Assembly: GCA_965223855.1 (NCBI GenBank)
Contig: CBDCXM010000009.1
Coordinates: 288,001-352,000 of the forward strand
From: Candidatus Multivoradales bacterium
GTDB lineage: Bacteria > Acidobacteriota > Thermoanaerobaculia > Multivoradales > JAHEKO01
Length of the DNA stretch: 64,000 nt
Reading direction: 5' to 3'
In this document: piece after piece, positions 11,802-21,242 of the stretch
How the letters are laid out: every line of letters starts with the position of its first letter
How positions within the stretch are numbered: position 1 is the first letter of the stretch
Position numbers and translations under genes: made by a program
Notes under the pieces: generated by a model
Seen by the model: the letters and a program-made list of their open reading frames with translations, nothing else
Told to the model about the DNA's origin: nothing
Database searches by the model: none

Positions 11802-12269
11802 CTAATCGACCTCGGCGACCGCGCGCGCACTCGCCGGCGGCCGCTCTTCGACGCCGGCGATCAACTCCAGCAGCGAATCCACGTCGATGGGCTTGGCAAA
11901 GTACTCGGCGAACCCCGCCTCGTCCGCCCTCTCGAGGTCTCTGCGCCGACGTCCCACTCCGACGGCGAGGAAGGACGTCGTTCGACCACAACGATCACGA
12001 AGGCGCTGCCGGAGCGCCCCGGGCGAGCGGGGGCCCCTCAGCCCGAGATCGACGATCACGACCGCGTAGGAACGCTCTCCGACCAGAGTCAGCGCAGCTT
12101 CCTGGTCGGGGGCGCACTCGACTTCGCAGCCGGCCCGACGGAGAAGTTCGGTCAGCGCGTCGCGAGCCGGAGAAGGGTGATCGGCCAACAGCAGTCGGGG
12201 AGCCAAGTGGAGTGCCTCCAGGGTTGGAAGTTCGTCGGTGGTGTTTCGACCCGACTCTTCCCTTTGCAA
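11802..12269 (-). CDS. stand-alone response regulator receiver domain (start uncertain)
   Basis: C-terminal part of the long ORF: RLLLADH...VVIVDLGL...[20 protein letters not shown]. Confidence 0.7.
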   Translation of the reverse strand: MQREESGRNTTDELPTLEALHLAPRLLLADHPSPARDALTELLRRAGCEVECAPDQEAALTLVGERSYAVVIVDLGLRGPRSPGALRQRLRDRCGRTTSFLAVGVGRRRRDLERADEAGFAEYFAKPIDVDSLLELIAGVEERPPASARAVAEVD

Positions 12270-12286
12270 GAACGCTTCCCACAGGC

Positions 12287-12301
12287 TGGCGCGTTCCTTG
12301 C
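12287..12301 (+). promoter_or_regulatory. sigma-54 (-24/-12) promoter for the DUF1328 gene
   Basis: TGGCGCG-TTCC-TTGC matches TGGCACG-N4-TTGC; adjacent to an NtrC-type activator. Confidence 0.7.
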
Positions 12302-12335
12302 GACAACGCGTTTCCCAACCCAAATCCGACGTGAA

Positions 12336-12375
12336 TCCGCGGTGTCGGGGAAAGATTCCGCGGTGTCGGGGAAAG
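12336..12375 (+). repeat. 19-bp direct repeat x2 (TCCGCGGTGTCGGGGAAAG), 21-bp period, in the DUF1328 leader
   Basis: Exact copies at 12336-12354 and 12357-12375; the second runs into the AGGAG RBS. Confidence 0.8.
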
Positions 12376-12384
12376 GAGTCCTCA

Positions 12385-12549
12385 ATGCTTCGATGGTCCC
12401 TGATCTTTCTGGTCGTCGCGCTGATCGCCGGTTTCCTCGGCTTCGGCGGCGTCGCGGGGGCAGCGGCGGGCATCGCGAAGATCCTCTTCTTCGTGTTCCT
12501 CGTGGTCTTCGCCGCCAGCCTGCTGATGCACCTGCTACGCGGCGTCTGA
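12385..12549 (+). CDS. DUF1328 (UPF0391/YtjA-like) small membrane protein
   Basis: [42 protein letters not shown]; AGGAG RBS. Confidence 0.92.
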   Translation: MLRWSLIFLVVALIAGFLGFGGVAGAAAGIAKILFFVFLVVFAASLLMHLLRGV

Positions 12550-12554
12550 GGTGA

Positions 12555-12603
12555 GCCGGGCGTGCACTTCTTGCGAACACCGCGCAGGAAGTACACGCCC
12601 GGC
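12555..12603. promoter_or_regulatory. long inverted repeat: terminator-like hairpin and/or enhancer (UAS) for the downstream sigma-54 promoter
   Basis: GCCGGGCGTGCACTTCTTGCG...CGCAGGAAGTACACGCCCGGC, ~70-120 bp upstream of the -24/-12 element at 12673. Confidence 0.45.
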
Positions 12604-12672
12604 GACCCGATCCGAAGCCGACCCGGGCGCCTCGCAGGAGTTCTCAGGCCCGTGCGGCCGGCCGGAGCACGT

Positions 12673-12687
12673 TGGCACGACTTCTGC
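12673..12687 (+). promoter_or_regulatory. sigma-54 (-24/-12) promoter for the BON/CsbD genes
   Basis: TGGCACG-ACTT-CTGC with correct GG-N10-GC spacing. Confidence 0.7.
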
Positions 12688-12770
12688 TCTTCAACAGTCC
12701 AGATATCGATTCCGTCGGTTCCGCCGGCGGATGTCCCTTGCCATTGAAACGAAGAGAAGGAGACCCCGAG

Positions 12771-13319
12771 ATGAACCGTTTCGACAGACCGAGACTCGGT
12801 CTGCTGGCCCTCGGCGCCGTCGTGCTGCTGGGCGCGGCCTGCGCCTCGACCCAGACTGCCGGTGAGCAGCTGGACGACAGCGCCATCACCACGAAGATCA
12901 CCACGAAGCTCGCCGCGGACCCGGAGATCAACCCGTTCAACATCGACGTCGACACCATGGACGGTGTCGTGACGCTCCGTGGCGAGGTGGAGAAGGAACT
13001 CGCCCGCACCGAGGCGGAAAGCCATGCTCGCGCCACCAAGGGAGTACGCAGCGTTCACAACGAGATTCGCGTCGTCCCTGAGAAGTACGAGGACGACGAA
13101 GAGGGCTCCGACGCCTGGATCACGACCAAGGTCAAGGCCAAGCTGATCGCCGACCCGCAGCTCAATCCCTTCAACATCGACGTCGATACGCAGGATGGCG
13201 TCGTGACGCTCTCGGGCCGCGTCAAGGACAACGCCGCGCGAGCCGAGGCCGAGAAGCTCGCGCGCGACACCGAGGGCGTGATCCGTGTCGCCAATCAGCT
13301 CCAGACTGAGAACGGCTGA
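12771..13319 (+). CDS. dual BON-domain lipoprotein (OsmY-like)
   Basis: Lipobox LGAAC; two repeats of D..ITTK(I/V)..KL.ADP..NPFNIDVDT.DGVVTL.G.V. Confidence 0.92.
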   Translation: MNRFDRPRLGLLALGAVVLLGAACASTQTAGEQLDDSAITTKITTKLAADPEINPFNIDVDTMDGVVTLRGEVEKELARTEAESHARATKGVRSVHNEIRVVPEKYEDDEEGSDAWITTKVKAKLIADPQLNPFNIDVDTQDGVVTLSGRVKDNAARAEAEKLARDTEGVIRVANQLQTENG

Positions 13320-13338
13320 GGGACCGGAGCACAACGAC

Positions 13339-13914
13339 ATGAGTATCGACAAGCCTGTACTGAACAAGCCGTGGCTCCAGGGAAAGTGGAACGAGCTCAA
13401 GGGCAAGGCCCGCGAGATGTGGGGCGAACTCACCGACGACGACCTCGACAAGGTCGAAGGTCAGAAGGACCAGCTCGTCGGCTTGCTTCAGCAGCACTAC
13501 GGACGCCAGCGTGCCGAAGCGGAGGCCGAGGTCGAGGCGTGGGAGCAGCAGCTGGGCCTGCGCGAGCAAGGCTCGCTGACCGGCAAGATCGCGAACAAGG
13601 TGGCCGAGCTCGACAAGAAGCAGGTCGCCGCTGGCGTGGGTGCCGCGGCCGCAGTAGCTCTCGGAGTCGCCGCGATTCGCAAGCTGAGGCCGGCCCGCGG
13701 CGAGGGTGATGCGATGAACGTCTACCACCTCGAGCCGCAAGAGGAGGGTTGGAAACTGACCCTCGAAGGAGCCCTCGGCGCGGAGGCGCACTTCGACACC
13801 AAGGAAGAAGGTTTGGCCGCCGCTCGCGAACTCGCGGGTGAGCAGGCTCCATCCCAATTGGTCGTTCATCGCAGCGACGGCTCCGAACAGAGCCGGCATC
13901 GCTACGACGATTGA
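13339..13914 (+). CDS. CsbD-family / DUF2188-like fusion protein
   Basis: N-terminus LQGKWNELKGKAREMWGELTDDDLDKVEGQKDQLVGLLQQHYG (CsbD); C-terminus YHLEP..EGWK...FDTKEEGLAAARELA...LVVHRSDG (DUF2188-like). Confidence 0.8.
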   Translation: MSIDKPVLNKPWLQGKWNELKGKAREMWGELTDDDLDKVEGQKDQLVGLLQQHYGRQRAEAEAEVEAWEQQLGLREQGSLTGKIANKVAELDKKQVAAGVGAAAAVALGVAAIRKLRPARGEGDAMNVYHLEPQEEGWKLTLEGALGAEAHFDTKEEGLAAARELAGEQAPSQLVVHRSDGSEQSRHRYDD

Positions 13915-13924
13915 CCTCTCCTCA

Positions 13925-13983
13925 CTCCCGGTCGCGGCATTGGGCGCTCGCCCATCCGGAGTGCCGCGGCCGGGAGGTCTTTT
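13925..13983 (+). terminator. probable intrinsic terminator after the CsbD fusion
   Basis: Stem CTCCCGGTCGCGGCA/TGCCGCGGCCGGGAG followed by TCTTTT. Confidence 0.5.
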
Positions 13984-14037
13984 CCGCCCGATCCCCGGGC
14001 TCCATCGCACAAACACGACAGAATCGGAGTTGCAGAC

Positions 14038-15513
14038 ATGCGCTCACCGTCACGCCGAGTCCGTACGCCGGCAAGGCCGGTCACATCGTCCGAACAAGCA
14101 GGGCGTCCCGCGCGAGCTGCATCTGACGCTCGCCGGCCGTTTGCGAGGCGCCTGACCGGGCTCTCCCCGCAGGTCTTCGTCGCCGCCTGCCTGGCGCTCC
14201 TCTTCGTGCTCGCCGGCTGCGAGCGGGACGTCTCGTCGGAGACGACGCCACCGACGATCGTCTTCGTGGTGCTCGACAACGTCCGTGCGGACCGGCTCTC
14301 GCTGTGCGGCTACGAGCGGCCGACCTCACCGTTCCTCGAGCGCACTTGCGAGCGCTCGGCGGCGACCTGCGAGTGCCGGGCGCAGGCTCCGTCGAGTTGG
14401 ACGGTTCCATCCCACGCGAGCTTCTTCACCGGTGCCGACGTGGCAGTCCACGGCGCAGGCATGGGAGACCTGGGGACCCAGGAGAGCCGCCGGGGCCTCG
14501 AGACCTCGGCGCGGCCGCTCGACGACCGCCTGCCGACGGTCGCCGAGGTGCTGTCGCAGCGCGGCTACCAGACGGTCTCGGTCTCGGGCAACCCGCTGAT
14601 CTCCCCGGCGTCGGGGCTCACCCGCGGCTTCGGTGTCGCCCACCACGGCCGGAAGTTCGGTGACCTGTCGGGCCCCCGGCTCCTTCCGCTCCTCGAGAGG
14701 ACCCTCGCCGGGCTCGACCGCGAGCAGCCCCTCTTCCTGTTCGTCAACCTGATCGAGGCTCACAGGCCGTGGACGGCGATCCCCGAAGACCGCTTCGACT
14801 GGCTGCCCGCGCGCCCTTACCTGAGCTTCTCTCAGCGGCCGGGCGAGGCGAACCCCCAGCGCAGCAACTACATTCGCGGCACCATGCCGCCGAACCGCGA
14901 GCGGGCGATGCTCGAGCATCTGGGGGACGTCTACGACTACGGTGTCTGGCGCGCCGACGCCCACCTCGGAGGGGTGATGCGAAGGCTGCGCGAGGGTGGC
15001 TGGCTCGAGGACGGCTTCCTCCTCGTCGTCACTTCCGACCACGGTGAACACCTCGGCGACCACCGTCTCCTCGGCCACGCCGGGCCCTTCCTCTACGAGG
15101 AGATCACGCGCGTCCCGCTCGTCGTTCTCGCTCGCGACGGTCGCGGTCGCCGCAAGCTCGAGTCCCCGATCTCGGCGCTGGCCGTCCACGACCTGCTCCT
15201 GGGAGAGCCGATCCGTCGCCGGCCGGTCGTCTCGCAGGCGTTCGAGAGCGCCATGTGGCACGACTGGTACGGCATCGGCGACCGGCCGGCAGTGGCGCTG
15301 TGGCGCGGGCGGACGAAGTACCTGCGCCAGAGCGGCAAGGTGGCGGCCTTCGACCTCGCCCGCGACCCCGGGGAGACGAGGCCTGCCCTCCTCGCAGAGG
15401 GGCCGGAACGCGAGCTGCTCGACCGCATGATCGCCGCGCTCGAAGCGAGCGCCGCGGACCATCCCCTCGACCCCGAGATGACCGAGCTGCTGCGGTCGCT
15501 CGGCTACCTGTAG
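14038..15513 (+). CDS. sulfatase-like hydrolase (start uncertain)
   Basis: VVLDNVRAD, SWTVPSHASFFTG, TSDHGEHLGDH, RVPL and LRSLGYL motifs. Confidence 0.88.
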   Translation: MRSPSRRVRTPARPVTSSEQAGRPARAASDARRPFARRLTGLSPQVFVAACLALLFVLAGCERDVSSETTPPTIVFVVLDNVRADRLSLCGYERPTSPFLERTCERSAATCECRAQAPSSWTVPSHASFFTGADVAVHGAGMGDLGTQESRRGLETSARPLDDRLPTVAEVLSQRGYQTVSVSGNPLISPASGLTRGFGVAHHGRKFGDLSGPRLLPLLERTLAGLDREQPLFLFVNLIEAHRPWTAIPEDRFDWLPARPYLSFSQRPGEANPQRSNYIRGTMPPNRERAMLEHLGDVYDYGVWRADAHLGGVMRRLREGGWLEDGFLLVVTSDHGEHLGDHRLLGHAGPFLYEEITRVPLVVLARDGRGRRKLESPISALAVHDLLLGEPIRRRPVVSQAFESAMWHDWYGIGDRPAVALWRGRTKYLRQSGKVAAFDLARDPGETRPALLAEGPERELLDRMIAALEASAADHPLDPEMTELLRSLGYL

Positions 15514-15537
15514 CCGGAACGTCTCGCTCCGCCTCCC

Positions 15538-16725
15538 TCAGTACTGGGGCCCCGGGAAGAGCGACCGGTCGATCCCCGGAATGACCTCGAGCGCGTTCTC
15601 GAAGTAGAGCTTGCGCAGCACGTAGTCCGGCAGCGACAGCCCGTACATGCGCCAGAAGGCGTGGCGGCGGCGGTAGTAGGGGAAGTACTCGTCGGCGGTC
15701 TCGAGCACCCGGAAGTAGGTGTGGTACTCCTCCGGGTTCCAGCTGTCTTTGCCGAACATCACCCGGTCCTGGTAGTGGATGAGGAAGGCGCGGGCGAAGC
15801 GCGGCTGCCGGCCGAGCTCCGCCAGCACGGCGCCGATCTCGGTGTACATGTTGGGCAGCTCGTCCATCAGCGCGCCGAGACGGGCGAGGTCGTTGCCGAG
15901 CCAGCCGAGATGCGCGTTGATGAAGTTGGTCTCCGGGTGGCGGCGGAAGACGTCGTGCTGCTCCGCCATGATCTCCTCCCACGACGGGTACTCGGCCGGA
16001 TCGCGGTAGCGCCCGGGGCGCTCGTGCATCTCCTGCAACCGCTCGTTGTTGCCGTCCTTCGGATGCCAGAACGACGCCGGCTCACCGGTGTGGATGAGGA
16101 CCGGAATCTGCAGCTCACCGCACTTCGCCCACACCGGGCCGAGGCGCGGGTCGTTGACGGCGATCCGGTTGCCGTCGACGTCCTTCGAGTCGAGGCCGAG
16201 CCCCTTGTAGATCTTGAGTCCCACCGCACCGGCGGCGACATCGGCCTCGAGCTCGGCAACGGCGTTCTCGGTCCATCCCTCCTCGCCGAAGCGGGCGAGG
16301 CTCAGGTTGGTGAAGACGACGAAGCGGCCGGGCGCGTTCTCGCGCGCGTTCGCGATCGCCGAGGCGAGGTACTCCGGCGGCTGCAGATCGAACTGCGTCG
16401 AGCCGTCCGGCAGCTCGACTCGCCGGAACCCCCGGCCGCTCAGGTTGACCATCACCCCCATGTTGAGCTCGTCCATCGCTGTCACGACCTCGGAGAGATC
16501 CTGCCCCTCCCCCATCCGGAACTGATGGTTGTGGACGTCGATGAACGGGTAGCGGGCGCGGGAGATCTCCGTCTCCGGGACGACGAGGGTCGACGGCGGG
16601 TCGTACTCGTAGAACGGGATTGGCGGGACGTCCGACTCCGGGCGCTCCTGCTGGGCCACCGCCGCCCAGGCGCCGACGGCCACCAGAGCCGTCACCAGTC
16701 CCCTCACCAACACCGCACGCCTCAA
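15538..16725 (-). CDS. amidohydrolase family protein (Amidohydro_2-like), exported
   Basis: TTG start overlapping the upstream stop; signal peptide; IDVHNH, GLKIYK, PVLIHTGEP, NAHLG, RVMFGKD. Confidence 0.85.
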   Translation of the reverse strand: MRRAVLVRGLVTALVAVGAWAAVAQQERPESDVPPIPFYEYDPPSTLVVPETEISRARYPFIDVHNHQFRMGEGQDLSEVVTAMDELNMGVMVNLSGRGFRRVELPDGSTQFDLQPPEYLASAIANARENAPGRFVVFTNLSLARFGEEGWTENAVAELEADVAAGAVGLKIYKGLGLDSKDVDGNRIAVNDPRLGPVWAKCGELQIPVLIHTGEPASFWHPKDGNNERLQEMHERPGRYRDPAEYPSWEEIMAEQHDVFRRHPETNFINAHLGWLGNDLARLGALMDELPNMYTEIGAVLAELGRQPRFARAFLIHYQDRVMFGKDSWNPEEYHTYFRVLETADEYFPYYRRRHAFWRMYGLSLPDYVLRKLYFENALEVIPGIDRSLFPGPQY

Positions 16726-17081
16726 GATTCCTCCTCCGGCAGCACGACCTTCGTCGGCAGCACGAACCCCTCGGCGCGCAACGTCACCTCGGCGCCGGCC
16801 TCGATCTCGAAGCCGTCGAGCTTCTTCCAGCCGAGCTCCTCGGTCGCCCCCGCCGCCAACGAGGCGAAGGCGTGGTTCCTGACGTCGCCGTTCGGGTTCT
16901 CGATCCGCACCTCGACGCCGGTCAGCGCCTCGCTGTGCCGGTTGGTGATGCGGAGGATCTTGCCGATGCCGACCAGCGACGGGCGGTATTGAATCTCCAC
17001 CGGCGGCGCCGACACCGAGGTCGAGCAGGCCGCCAGCGACAGGGCGACGAGGAGGGCGAGTCGGTTGCGAAGAGCGCTCAT
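16722..17081 (-). CDS. hypothetical lipoprotein
   Basis: MSALRNRLALLVALSLAAC lipobox; short beta-rich domain; coupled to the amidohydrolase gene. Confidence 0.65.
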   Translation of the reverse strand: MSALRNRLALLVALSLAACSTSVSAPPVEIQYRPSLVGIGKILRITNRHSEALTGVEVRIENPNGDVRNHAFASLAAGATEELGWKKLDGFEIEAGAEVTLRAEGFVLPTKVVLPEEES

Positions 17082-17176
17082 CCGCGGATCGTACCTCGCA
17101 CCGTAGAATGCATTCCGGCGCGTCCGCGCCGTGCCTGAACCGCTCTGCACCTCTCAGAAGGGGGACTTCCCGAACC

Positions 17177-17728
17177 ATGCGTCTCACCCGACTCTTCGTC
17201 GTCGCCGGCATCGCCGGCGTGCTGCTGACGACCGCCTGCTCCTCGACCCGCCCGGTCCGCGACCAGGCGAGCGACGCCGCCATCACCTCCAAGATCACCG
17301 CCAAGATCGCCGCCGACCCGGAGGTCAATCCGTTCAACATCGACGTCGATACGACCGACGGCGAAGTGGTGCTGCGCGGCAAGGTCGAGAAGCCCGCCGC
17401 CAAGGCCGAGGCGGAGAAGCACGCCCGCTCGACGAAGGGGGTCGTCAGCGTGCGCAACGCCATCGTCGTCGTCGGCCACGACGAATCGGACGACGGCTAC
17501 TTCTCGGACGCCGCCATCGCCACCAAGGTCAAGTCGAAGATCACCGCCGATCCCGAGCTCAACCCGTTCAACATCGACGTCGACGTCCAGGACCGGGTTG
17601 TTCTGCTGACCGGCGCGGTCCGCAGCCAGGCGGCCAAGGACGAAGCCGAGAAGCTGGCGCTCGCGACCAAGGGGGTCGAGCGGGTCGACAATCAGCTCGA
17701 AGTGAAGCCGAAGGACGGCGGGAGCTAG
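17177..17728 (+). CDS. second dual BON-domain lipoprotein
   Basis: Lipobox LTTAC; two D.AI..K...KI.ADPE.NPFNIDVD repeats; paralog of 12771-13319. Confidence 0.9.
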   Translation: MRLTRLFVVAGIAGVLLTTACSSTRPVRDQASDAAITSKITAKIAADPEVNPFNIDVDTTDGEVVLRGKVEKPAAKAEAEKHARSTKGVVSVRNAIVVVGHDESDDGYFSDAAIATKVKSKITADPELNPFNIDVDVQDRVVLLTGAVRSQAAKDEAEKLALATKGVERVDNQLEVKPKDGGS

Positions 17729-17732
17729 AACC

Positions 17733-18461
17733 CTGCCCGGCGGGCGTTTCCTCGCCTGCGCTCTGGCGCTGGCCGTGGCCGGCTGCAGTACCTCCGGGTC
17801 CCCGACCGACCCCGGCGGCGGCAGCGGGGGCACCGGCCTCGCCGTCACCTTCGGCGACGGCGGCCTGTCGCCAGATCAGCAGGCCACGGTGCTGGCACTC
17901 CTGCGCGACGCCTTCAATCGTTCGGCGCCGCGCATCCCGATCGACGGTACGCGCGCCGAGGTGTCCACCGACCCGGCTCGGGTGATTCCGGGCTGGGGCG
18001 TCGGCGGCTTCGCCCGTGGCCCGAACGACGTCCTGATCGTCGTCGATCCGACCTTGCCCGAAGCCGACCTGGAAGCTCGCCTGCCGCCGATCGCGGCCCA
18101 CGAGTACCACCACGCCGCGCGCTTCCGCGGCCCAGGCTACGGCAACACACTGCTCCAGGCACTGGTCTCCGAAGGGCTCGCCGACCGCTTCTCCCAGGAG
18201 GTCTACGGCCCACCCCGTCCGCCCTGGGTGCGGGCGCTGCCGCCAGGCGACATCCCGATGTGGATGGCGACCGCCGCGATGGAGTTCGACTCGACGAGCT
18301 ACGACTTCGATGCCTGGTTCTTCGGCACCGGCGGCGAGATCCCGAGATGGACCGGGTACACCCTCGGCTGGGCCCTCGTCGGCGACTACCTGGCCGTCAA
18401 CCCGGGGAGCTCGGCGGCAGGGCTGGTGCACGCCGACGCCGAGCGGTTCCGGCCTGACTAG
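17733..18461 (+). CDS. DUF2268-like Zn-dependent protease lipoprotein (probable CTG start)
   Basis: AHEYHH, SEGLAD and WTGYTLG motifs; the lipobox LAVAGC requires a start upstream of 17775. Confidence 0.7.
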   Translation: MPGGRFLACALALAVAGCSTSGSPTDPGGGSGGTGLAVTFGDGGLSPDQQATVLALLRDAFNRSAPRIPIDGTRAEVSTDPARVIPGWGVGGFARGPNDVLIVVDPTLPEADLEARLPPIAAHEYHHAARFRGPGYGNTLLQALVSEGLADRFSQEVYGPPRPPWVRALPPGDIPMWMATAAMEFDSTSYDFDAWFFGTGGEIPRWTGYTLGWALVGDYLAVNPGSSAAGLVHADAERFRPD

Positions 18462-20486
<2,025 letters not shown>

Positions 20487-20572
20487 CTCTCGCCAGTCCT
20501 CCCCCGACACTACGGCATCACCACCTCCGGGGTTCGGTCCCGCCGCAGCCGGCCGATACACTCAGCCGCCGC

Positions 20573-20662
20573 GGAGGGGTGGCTGAGTGGTCGAAAGCAC
20601 TGGTCTTGAAAACCAGCGACCGTGCAAGCGGTCCGCGGGTTCGAATCCCGCCCCCTCCGCCA
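20573..20662 (+). tRNA. tRNA-Ser (anticodon TGA)
   Basis: GGAGGGGTGGCTGAGTGGTCGAAAGCACTGGTCTTGAAAACCAG...GCGGGTTCGAATCCCGCCCCCTCCGCCA; long variable arm, encoded CCA. Confidence 0.97.
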
Positions 20663-21237
20663 CCGAGGTTCGAGTCCGCATCTCGACGACGAGAGTTCTC
20701 ATCGAGCGGGATTCGAACCCGCCGTGAGCGAGCGGTGAGCGAGCGAACCGAGAACAACGGGCTCATCGGCCGGCGAAGCCGGACGACCGGCTTCCGAAGG
20801 AAGACGGGCCCCTCGAATCCCGCCCCCTCCGCCATTGAGGTTCGGACCGGCACTTCGACGACGATGGTTCTAGTCGAGCGGGATTCGAACCCGCCGTGAG
20901 CGAGCGGTGAGCGAGCGAACCGAGAACAATTGGGCTCCTTGGCCGGCGAAGCCGGACAACCGGCTCGCAACGCGAGACGGGCCCTCTAATCCCGCCCCCT
21001 CCGCCACTGAGGTTCGAGCCCGCATCTCGACGACGAGAGTTCTCGTCGAGCGGGATTCGAACCCGCCGTGAGCGAGCGGTGAGCGAGCGAACCGAGAACA
21101 ACGGGCTCATCGGCCGGCGAAGCCGGACGACCGGCTTCCGAAGGAAGACGGGCCCATCGAATCCCGCCCCCTCCGCCATTGAGGTTCGGACGCGCACTTC
21201 GACGACGACAGTTCTCGTCGAGCGGGATTCGAACCCG
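20663..21237 (+). repeat. tandem array of 3.3 x 172-bp structured repeats downstream of tRNA-Ser(TGA)
   Basis: tRNA 3'-end copies TC(G/T)AATCCCGCCCCCTCCGCCA at 20813, 20985 and 21157; antisense T-arm GCGGGATTCGAACCCG at 20706, 20878, 21050 and 21222; exact 172-bp period. Confidence 0.95.
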
Positions 21238-21242
21238 ATTCG

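Noticed and set aside
17100-17176. Sigma-54 promoter for the second BON gene
   Set aside because: No GG-N10-GC element resembling TGGCACG-N4-TTGC was found
20573-20662. Selenocysteine or opal-suppressor tRNA
   Set aside because: Anticodon is TGA (reads UCA, Ser), not TCA; 7-bp acceptor stem is canonical
20663-21237. CRISPR array interpretation of the tRNA-linked repeats (also 5771-6281)
   Set aside because: Period is ~170 bp, the intervening sequences are homologous to each other rather than unique spacers, the repeats derive from the tRNA, and no cas genes are present
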